Virus record (IMG/VR): IMGVR_UViG_3300032323_001214
Coordinates: 1 to 64,000 of that record
DNA length: 64,000 nucleotides
Direction: 5' to 3' (one strand)
Of the stretch, positions 56,970-64,000 are shown piece after piece. Position 1 is the stretch's first letter. Each line of letters starts with the position of its first letter. The translations under genes were made by a program, and so were the position numbers. The notes beneath the pieces were generated by a model. It did no database searches. It had not been told where the DNA came from and saw nothing but the letters and a program-made list of their open reading frames with translations.

Positions 56970-57601
56970 TTTATCTTTAACTCCGAAATTAGTCGTTTAA
57001 CTTCCTCAGCTAAGTATTTTTGAACTTTATTATTACCCCTAGCTTCTTTAGCAATTTCCAAAACACGATGTCCGTGTTTCATGTTCATTAGTGATTCATA
57101 AATTGCTTTAGGATACGCATTTGGTGCGCTTGGTTGAGCAACAATATCCACAGTGACTATTTCAAAGTCACTGACACGGCCGTCCATATCGTTAACGTTA
57201 CCGCTACCTCTACTAGACACACCTAGTTTGACACCACTCTCCAACATAGTAGACACTAATTGTCCCATTGGAGTTGGTAAAATCTTTAATTTACCGAAGC
57301 CGTTTGCGCCATCCATCCACATTTGAGTAATCATATGTGATACACGATCCAAGTTAATCTTTAGATCATCCGGGTGGTCAACTTCGCCTAAGACTGAATA
57401 GCCTTCTAGAATTTGCTTGTTAAGAGTTTCAACTGCACTTTCTATCTCAGAAACAGGGTAAACACGCTCATTAGCGTTTTTTACCCCACCCTGAATGAAG
57501 ATCCCCTTCATATAAAGGGACTTCAAAGCGCCTTCACCTGACGACTCAACGACCATGTTAGCACGGTCGAATGTCAGATGCTCTTTGAGATACGAAGCCA
57601 T
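56966..57601 (-). CDS. gp21: prohead protease (T4 gp21-like)
   Basis: N.N.RVY, GEVDHP, GVSSRGSG, D.VAQPSAPNA. Confidence 0.96.
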   Translation of the reverse strand: MASYLKEHLTFDRANMVVESSGEGALKSLYMKGIFIQGGVKNANERVYPVSEIESAVETLNKQILEGYSVLGEVDHPDDLKINLDRVSHMITQMWMDGANGFGKLKILPTPMGQLVSTMLESGVKLGVSSRGSGNVNDMDGRVSDFEIVTVDIVAQPSAPNAYPKAIYESLMNMKHGHRVLEIAKEARGNNKVQKYLAEEVKRLISELKIK

Positions 57602-57614
57602 TCTCTCAGATTCC

Positions 57615-58427
57615 TTATCTTACGATTCTTTTAGTAGTCTTACGTGACTCAGCAACTGGGCTACGTACTTTACCTGCTTCGTCTTTAGTGACTGGCTTTG
57701 GTGCAGACTCTAAATCAGCGTTTTTCTGTGCAGGAGCATTCTTCCAATTGTTAGCATCTTTTACAGATGTTTCACCTTTAGTATATGCATTGCTAGGTCC
57801 TTTTGGTCCTGTTGGAACTGATTCACTAGCACCACTGAACTTAACTGGCTTGCTATCCATACCAGCTTGACCACTATTTACTAGTGTTGGGCTTTTTGTC
57901 TGAACACCGTTATCACCGTGTGTTACTGAAACTTTCTTTAAAGTGATCGCTTCCATCATTGCTGGTTCTTCGTCACCAAATTCTTCTTCATCGGCGTCCA
58001 TATCCATGCCATCATCACCCATGTCGTCATCGCCCATGCCATCATCACCCATGATGTCTTCAAATTCTGCCATCAATTGATCTAGTTTGTCTTCTAAATC
58101 AACTACACGGTCTTCTAAGTCTTCTTCACCCATGTCATCATCAGCTTCTAAGTCACGAGTTAAATCTTCACCGTCTTTTTCAGCTTCATCATCGAATTCG
58201 ATATCGGCTTCATCTTCTTCGTTCATGCCTTCTTCTTCAACGTTAATTTCGTCTAGTAAGTCACCAACTTGTCCGCCCATACCTTCTTCCATGCTTTCTT
58301 CGTCCATCATAGATTCATAAATCTCACGGGATTTTTCAACTACGATATCATGGAATAAAGCTTTAGCTTGTTCTTCATTTTCATTGATAATAAGTTCAAT
58401 GAGTTGTTCAAATTTTTTGTTGTCCAT
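57615..58427 (-). CDS. acidic prohead core protein
   Basis: Very Asp/Glu-rich; lies between portal and protease. Confidence 0.7.
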   Translation of the reverse strand: MDNKKFEQLIELIINENEEQAKALFHDIVVEKSREIYESMMDEESMEEGMGGQVGDLLDEINVEEEGMNEEDEADIEFDDEAEKDGEDLTRDLEADDDMGEEDLEDRVVDLEDKLDQLMAEFEDIMGDDGMGDDDMGDDGMDMDADEEEFGDEEPAMMEAITLKKVSVTHGDNGVQTKSPTLVNSGQAGMDSKPVKFSGASESVPTGPKGPSNAYTKGETSVKDANNWKNAPAQKNADLESAPKPVTKDEAGKVRSPVAESRKTTKRIVR

Positions 58428-58478
58428 TGTTGTCTCCTGAATGTTAATGGCTTCGTAGAATTATTTAGTGGGTATCAT

Positions 58479-58501
58479 AAAAAACAGCACATTAAGTGCT
58501 G
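58479..58501 (-). terminator. intrinsic terminator
   Basis: CAGCAC-TTAAT-GTGCTG followed by TTTTTT. Confidence 0.6.
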
Positions 58502-58531
58502 ATTTTTTACGTTTTTAGTAGAGATAGCGAT

Positions 58532-58765
58532 TTATATAGATGGAGTTTCGCCTTGTTGTGCATTTTGTGCTCCATATTGCTCATGTACTTTTTTCAAATA
58601 CTTAGCTTTTTCATAATTTCTAACATCATTCATCTTACGTAATTTACGTATTTGTTTCAATGTTAATTTAGTTTTTCGGCTTTCTTTCCACTTAGGTTTA
58701 CTATTATCAGACTCTACATCTTGATAACCTGGAATAGCTGGTTCAAACATTTCAAATAATTTCAT
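58532..58765 (-). CDS. small basic head-module protein
   Basis: RKTKLTLKQIRKLRK; directly after portal. Confidence 0.7.
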   Translation of the reverse strand: MKLFEMFEPAIPGYQDVESDNSKPKWKESRKTKLTLKQIRKLRKMNDVRNYEKAKYLKKVHEQYGAQNAQQGETPSI

Positions 58766-58773
58766 ATACTTAT

Positions 58774-60561
58774 TTATGCTGTTAGTCCACCTGCCGGTGC
58801 CGGTGTGCCTGGGCCAGTAACTGGTGCGTCTCCTACTGGTCCGGCTACATCTAATCCTTCTTCATCACCCTCAGGTGGATTTTCCATATCCATTGCAGCC
58901 TCAGAATCTGCTTCAATATCGCCAGGTGATATTCCAATACTACGTAAGTCTTTGCCTTGTGGATCAATGTCAACATCTTTATTGTTTTCTTCACGCCACA
59001 TTTTTTCGTTTTTAGTAATTTCTTCTTCAGTTAAGCCCAAGAATCGTTCCAATGCAAAACGTTTACTGATATATGGGTACTGTTCAACTGCTGTGAATGA
59101 ACTAATACGAGCGGTATCCAGTTCACTTTGACGATATGCTGCAAAGTTTTGCGGTGGATTAAACTCTAAAGTGAATAGTCCACTGTCAATATTAAAGCCT
59201 CTCCAACGCAAGAATAGTTTAAATTCTTCGTCTAGCTTTTGACTAATATACTTTTGTAGACGTTCACAATATTGATTGAAGCGAAACTCTTGAATCATAG
59301 CTGTTCCAACACGACCATCGCTCATAGGAGTAGGGTTGTCATCTGGACCAGTTGGAAGATAACTACTTGGCACACGTAAACCACGTGCTAATCTATTGTT
59401 AAAATAGCGCAAATCATCAATCTCACCCAAATTTTGTCCACCGGGTAATACTTCAACACTTGATCCTCTTCCATCAGCAGTAACTGGGAAGAAGTAATCT
59501 TCGTTCATTGACAATGGATTATACGTTGCATCAACTATACTAGCACCACCGTGCGGTGATGGTATTCTACGCTGGTGAATTTCATTTTTAATTCGTTCAA
59601 CAAATGCCATAGCCATATGACTTGGCATATTACCAACGTCAATTTTAAACATTCTACGCTCAGGAGCACGTTGTACACGATATATCAGTACTGCATCTTC
59701 TAGTAATTCTTTTTGCTTGTATACTTTAAAGATGTTTTCTAAGATTGACTGACCGAAGGGCCAGAAACGATCCAGACCCTCCGTCAAACTTAGATGGACT
59801 ACATGTTTAGCATCTATGGCTGACTCGCTCTGGCCCAAAGTGAATCGACTGCCGGTAGTATTATATGGCATTGCGGGTACAGTATAGCCACCGCCTGCGC
59901 CACCTCCACCTGTGCCGCCAAACCCAGTTGCAGGATTAGCAGCAAAGTCTGTGTTTGTTTTCTGTGCTACTGTCAAATTCTGTAAGTTAATGTTAATATC
60001 TTTAATAACATATTGTTCGGGTTTCTTACCTTCACTCTCATTAACAATGACTTTTACGATTTTAGCCATATCAACCCAGTATAACTTAAAGTTTTCTGGA
60101 TCACGCACAAATACTTGATCTCCATACTTAATAACGTTACGGAAAATCTTGAATGTTCTAGTATCAAATTCGTTTAATTTACACCACTGTTGCAACTGAG
60201 TTTTTAATAAATCTACTTCATGCGGTGTGGGTTCATCTTTGAAATCTAAATTAAACGGGGTTTTATTATGGTCATTCTTTTGTGTACTGAATTCGCTTAT
60301 AATATCCAAACATGCATTAACTTCAGCATCAACGTCCATCATTTCATATTGATTATAGCGTTCAATACGATTTGGGTGACCCGTATAGACTTCAGGTAAT
60401 CTACTTTGATAATTTCTATAACCCCAATCTGCGTTATTCCATCCTCCAGTAGGGGAACCATTTTGTCCAGGACTTCCGTTCCATGCACCGGTGTTACTGT
60501 TAACACCTGATATTGGACTTGAAATACCAGTCCTATTTACGAATCGTTTTTTATATGTCAT
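58774..60561 (-). CDS. gp20: portal vertex protein (T4 gp20-like)
   Basis: LEDAVLIYR..RAPERR.F.IDVGNMP, EDYFFP, LPGGQNLG. Confidence 0.97.
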   Translation of the reverse strand: MTYKKRFVNRTGISSPISGVNSNTGAWNGSPGQNGSPTGGWNNADWGYRNYQSRLPEVYTGHPNRIERYNQYEMMDVDAEVNACLDIISEFSTQKNDHNKTPFNLDFKDEPTPHEVDLLKTQLQQWCKLNEFDTRTFKIFRNVIKYGDQVFVRDPENFKLYWVDMAKIVKVIVNESEGKKPEQYVIKDININLQNLTVAQKTNTDFAANPATGFGGTGGGGAGGGYTVPAMPYNTTGSRFTLGQSESAIDAKHVVHLSLTEGLDRFWPFGQSILENIFKVYKQKELLEDAVLIYRVQRAPERRMFKIDVGNMPSHMAMAFVERIKNEIHQRRIPSPHGGASIVDATYNPLSMNEDYFFPVTADGRGSSVEVLPGGQNLGEIDDLRYFNNRLARGLRVPSSYLPTGPDDNPTPMSDGRVGTAMIQEFRFNQYCERLQKYISQKLDEEFKLFLRWRGFNIDSGLFTLEFNPPQNFAAYRQSELDTARISSFTAVEQYPYISKRFALERFLGLTEEEITKNEKMWREENNKDVDIDPQGKDLRSIGISPGDIEADSEAAMDMENPPEGDEEGLDVAGPVGDAPVTGPGTPAPAGGLTA

Positions 60562-60587
60562 AGTTTGGTTTTATCTAGTATTTAGCG

Positions 60588-63500
60588 TTATACCCTTGAA
60601 TACTTTAATAATTGCTCTTGTGTATCGTTTGAAGTATTCAATATATTAATCATTGTATCTAGTTTTTCAGCTAACATAGTGAATACTTCGAGTGTTAATC
60701 CATTATTTTCGGACAAACCATTACCGGCAACATTAGTGTTATTGAAGGATTGCATCATTTGTTCAGGTGTTGACAATAACATTTTCGCAATAACACTGTT
60801 TGGATCTAATGGAGCAACTAGTTCATTGCCATGCATTGCTACTGGATAACCTGTATTTGGACCACTGAATATGCCACCACTTGCAGCTTGTGGCAATTCT
60901 CCTATATTTTTTATGTTATCTGATACTTTACCCGTTGCAATTAATTCACCTGCTTTATTAATTTTGTTCGACATTATGTTGTACACATCTTGTAGCGAAC
61001 GCATTTGACCTTCTTTGGTATAAAAAATACTTTTATTTGCTTGCAGTGCTTTTTCATCAACACCTTCTGATGCCGGTGCATTTGGATTTTTTGCCATAGC
61101 ATTTAAGAATTTGGTTGCACCGCCGGCACCCAAAAAGTGAGCCATGTACATGTCTGCATCAGATGCTTCTCTACCTGTACCTTTTTCTAGCTGTCTTCTT
61201 TGTTGCTTTGTAAAATATGATGCAACTTCTTCAGACTTTTTAGGATCAAATCTATCTTCCAATGAGTAGTTTAGTCCCATCTGTTTTGTCATTTGTTTCC
61301 AAGTACCTTCAGTAAATTGGAACAAACCGGCAGCGGTTGAAGTTCCTGCTTTTGCGTTGGCTTGTCCACTGGACTCTACTTGTGCTATTTTTTTCAGATA
61401 ACTAGTATCTGACCTTCCACTTCCTCCGGTCATACCCAATCTTCTAGATTCAGCAGAAGATTGTGTTCCGGCTGCCTCAGCCGCTCTAGCTAAACTACTA
61501 GCTTTATCTCTTTGGTCTTCGGCTTGTATTGCACCCGCAGTATATCTACGTTTAACCGCCGCTTGTTGCGGAGTAATTTCACCTAATTCAAGTTGTTTTT
61601 TAATAAGACTTTCCTCTAGCTTATTACCTTCACTAGTTAAAATGTTTCTTTGTTTTTCTAATTCTAGTAATTTTTCGTCAGCTTTTTCTTTGGACATTGA
61701 AAATTTTGCGTTTTTAATGTTCAGATTTGCTTGATCCGCTAGCTGTTTTGCAGTCTGTTCTTCTTTTTGATTTTCTAATAACTGCTGTTTTAAAATTGCT
61801 TTTTTAGCAGTATCTTGTTCTTTATTATAAAGCTCTCTGGTTTTTTCAGTTTCTTGGGCTTTTGCTATATAATTATCTTCTGTTAACTTTTTCTCTTTTA
61901 GTAATTCTTCTTTATAAGCCTCAGGCTGTTGCATTGCCTTTTTAGTTTGCTCAATTTTTCTAGTTACTTCTTCAAGGGCAATTGCATTTTTATTTGCCTT
62001 TTCTGCAATTTCTTCAGGAGTTTCAAAAAGTTTAGCTAAATCAGTACCAAACAATTTATCAGAATAAATTGCCATACCTTTCATTACACCGCTCATTACT
62101 TTCATTAATTTTTCAAATGCACCGGTAACTGGACCATTCAATAGTCCAACAATTGCATCTGCACCCAATCGTGCTCTACGTTCTGCTTGTTCTTGTGCGT
62201 TACGTGCTGCCTTTGCTGGGTCGGTAGTACCTTCTTTGAGTGCTTTTGCTCTAACTGCACGTTCTTCTTCAATAATTTTTTTAATTTCTTCAGGATTTTT
62301 GCCACGAAATTTAGCTTCGTTTTCTAATGCTCCTAAACTGTAGGCAAACGACTTACCAACTTCTTTGTTTTGTATAACAGCTTCGCCCAAATTCTCACGT
62401 GTTCGTTTAGTTGCCTGTGCCATCATTAAACTTAATTCGTAAGGTTCTTTCTTACCTTTCTTAACTGCATCAATAAATTCTAATATCTCTGGTGCACCAC
62501 TAGCAAAGCCAGCACTCAATTCATTAAAATTACCTGTAGCAACCATACTTTGGAACCCGGCTAGTTCCTCACCTTTTAACATGGTTCCAGCCATATCCAT
62601 TAATGCAGCAGTACGTTCACGTTCAGCTTTAATATCATTAGCTTGGGCGTTAAGGCCTTGGCTGCGTAACTTTTCTTCTTTATCCTGTAATAATGCTAAT
62701 CTAGTTTGTACAGCTAAATCAGCACGTGCAACTTCTTGTGCTTTCTTTGCTTCATCAACTGATAAGCCAGTGATAGCAGATAAATCCATCAAATAGTTGG
62801 TATATTCAATTGTTGTTCGCTTTAATGTGCCGTCACGTTTATCTCTATCACTGATAGCAAGACCACTTTTAATTTGCAACTTAATGTAATCTGCTTGGTT
62901 CTTGTTAAGTTGCTCTTGTGTAACACCCATTGCTCGATAGTTAGCTAGCAATGTTTCATCCATTGTTGCAAGTTCAGCAAATGCTTTGACACCACCTGTT
63001 ACCGATGCGCTTAGTCCTATAATATCTGTACCAAGACCTTTAGTAATACCTGCAAACTTTTCCATTTCGCCGCTAGAATATCCAGCGGCATTTGCCATGT
63101 TTAATAACTCTTTAGTTGTTAGTGCACCGGTAGCACCAAAATCTGCTAAAATATCCGCTGAATTTAGCATTGCGGCATTTTGCTTGAGTACCATTTCGGC
63201 ACCCACACTGAACAACTTAATTAATCCACCAATAGCAGTACCCAATATACCAAAGTTTTTACCAATACTCATTGCAGCATCACCGGCTGAACTGACTGCA
63301 CTACCATATTTGGTCATGTCACCGCCGGCAGTTAGTAGTGCATTACCAAACTTTTTAAGGCTATCAACTGCCTGCGCACCAGCCATTTTATAATTTGCTT
63401 GAACTTTAGCGTATTCTTCATCAGCTTTGGCTCTAGAGTGAGTTGCAGCGGTAGCCTCTTGTTGAGACTTTAGAAAATCATCTACTAACTTTTTGCCATT

Positions 63501-63659
63501 TTTCGTAGTATTTGCGTTACCTTTAGTAGCGTTCATGTTCTCATTCATGGCCGCAGTCATTAAGACCATAGCCGGAACCATACCCGCTACGGTTTCACGC
63601 ATATCACGCATTGATTCGTTTAATTGTCTTAATGTTTCGGGATCTAAATTATCTGCCAT
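60588..63659 (-). CDS. tape measure/baseplate hub protein with lytic transglycosylase domain
   Basis: Long helical region; IAQVESSG...AAGLFQF...TW...YMAHFLG lysozyme-like motif. Confidence 0.85.
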   Translation of the reverse strand: MADNLDPETLRQLNESMRDMRETVAGMVPAMVLMTAAMNENMNATKGNANTTKNGKKLVDDFLKSQQEATAATHSRAKADEEYAKVQANYKMAGAQAVDSLKKFGNALLTAGGDMTKYGSAVSSAGDAAMSIGKNFGILGTAIGGLIKLFSVGAEMVLKQNAAMLNSADILADFGATGALTTKELLNMANAAGYSSGEMEKFAGITKGLGTDIIGLSASVTGGVKAFAELATMDETLLANYRAMGVTQEQLNKNQADYIKLQIKSGLAISDRDKRDGTLKRTTIEYTNYLMDLSAITGLSVDEAKKAQEVARADLAVQTRLALLQDKEEKLRSQGLNAQANDIKAERERTAALMDMAGTMLKGEELAGFQSMVATGNFNELSAGFASGAPEILEFIDAVKKGKKEPYELSLMMAQATKRTRENLGEAVIQNKEVGKSFAYSLGALENEAKFRGKNPEEIKKIIEEERAVRAKALKEGTTDPAKAARNAQEQAERRARLGADAIVGLLNGPVTGAFEKLMKVMSGVMKGMAIYSDKLFGTDLAKLFETPEEIAEKANKNAIALEEVTRKIEQTKKAMQQPEAYKEELLKEKKLTEDNYIAKAQETEKTRELYNKEQDTAKKAILKQQLLENQKEEQTAKQLADQANLNIKNAKFSMSKEKADEKLLELEKQRNILTSEGNKLEESLIKKQLELGEITPQQAAVKRRYTAGAIQAEDQRDKASSLARAAEAAGTQSSAESRRLGMTGGSGRSDTSYLKKIAQVESSGQANAKAGTSTAAGLFQFTEGTWKQMTKQMGLNYSLEDRFDPKKSEEVASYFTKQQRRQLEKGTGREASDADMYMAHFLGAGGATKFLNAMAKNPNAPASEGVDEKALQANKSIFYTKEGQMRSLQDVYNIMSNKINKAGELIATGKVSDNIKNIGELPQAASGGIFSGPNTGYPVAMHGNELVAPLDPNSVIAKMLLSTPEQMMQSFNNTNVAGNGLSENNGLTLEVFTMLAEKLDTMINILNTSNDTQEQLLKYSRV

Positions 63660-63734
63660 GGTTTGTACTCACTAAATAATACTCATGTATTTAGTATCGG
63701 GTAAACACCCATTTCAAAGACATAAGGAAAAATC

Positions 63735-64000
63735 ATGGCAATTCAAAACAATCCGTTAAAGCAATATTTTCGCAGACCAGCAATATATCTGAAATTACCA
63801 AGTGGTGGTAAAAACTATCCTGAGGGAGTTATTGTTATGCCCGAAACCGGAGAACTCCCAGTTTATCCTATGACTGCTATCGATGAAATTACCTCAAAGA
63901 CACCGGACGGACTTTTTAATGGTTCAGCAGTAGCCGAAATTATTAGTAGCTGTATTCCTAATATTAAGGATCCTTGGCAACTAACCAGCGTGGATTTGGA
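63735..64000 (+). CDS. baseplate hub assembly protein (T4 gp26-like), partial
   Basis: NPLKQYFRRP..YLKLPS.G...MTAIDE...L.NG; runs off the window end. Confidence 0.75.
   Translation, partial: MAIQNNPLKQYFRRPAIYLKLPSGGKNYPEGVIVMPETGELPVYPMTAIDEITSKTPDGLFNGSAVAEIISSCIPNIKDPWQLTSVDL

Noticed and set aside
1-64000. Alternative genetic code, CRISPR array, introns or inteins
   Set aside because: Core genes (gp20, gp21, gp23, nrdA, nrdB) are full length and uninterrupted in the standard code, and no regularly spaced repeat-spacer array was seen.

Overview
This 64 kb window comes from a large T4-like (myovirus) phage and is almost entirely encoded on the minus strand in the standard genetic code. 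The AhpC/AhpD, IscU and DesA sequences look proteobacterial, so a betaproteobacterial host is a tentative guess. Reading in the direction of transcription (right to left): a tape-measure/lytic transglycosylase gene and the head module (portal gp20, core, protease gp21, a GIY-YIG homing endonuclease, scaffold gp22, major capsid gp23); a DesA-like desaturase; about 26 kb of Asn/Gly/Thr-rich tail-fibre, LamG and small tip/chaperone genes; nrdAB, glutaredoxin and PAAR; probable baseplate genes and a SleB-like hydrolase; iscU and ahpCD; a 12 kb AT-rich island of modifying enzymes (3 membrane desaturases, a Rieske oxygenase, an ATP-grasp ligase, 2 PP-loop ATPases, 3 GNAT-like proteins, 6 HxD...H cupin oxygenases) under T4-type late promoters; and the start of a tRNA/ncRNA array. 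The most striking unannotated features are two translation-coupled RNA switches in the tRNA region. The first is a 57-codon leader ORF that uses all 20 amino acids by codon 43 and whose 3' end is an antiterminator for the terminator in front of the array, a candidate universal tRNA-depletion-sensing attenuator. The second is a separately promoted MKRSGKR mini-leader with mutually exclusive hairpins that can sequester the 5' end of a tRNA-Lys. All calls come from manual reading and motif recognition; no database searches were run.
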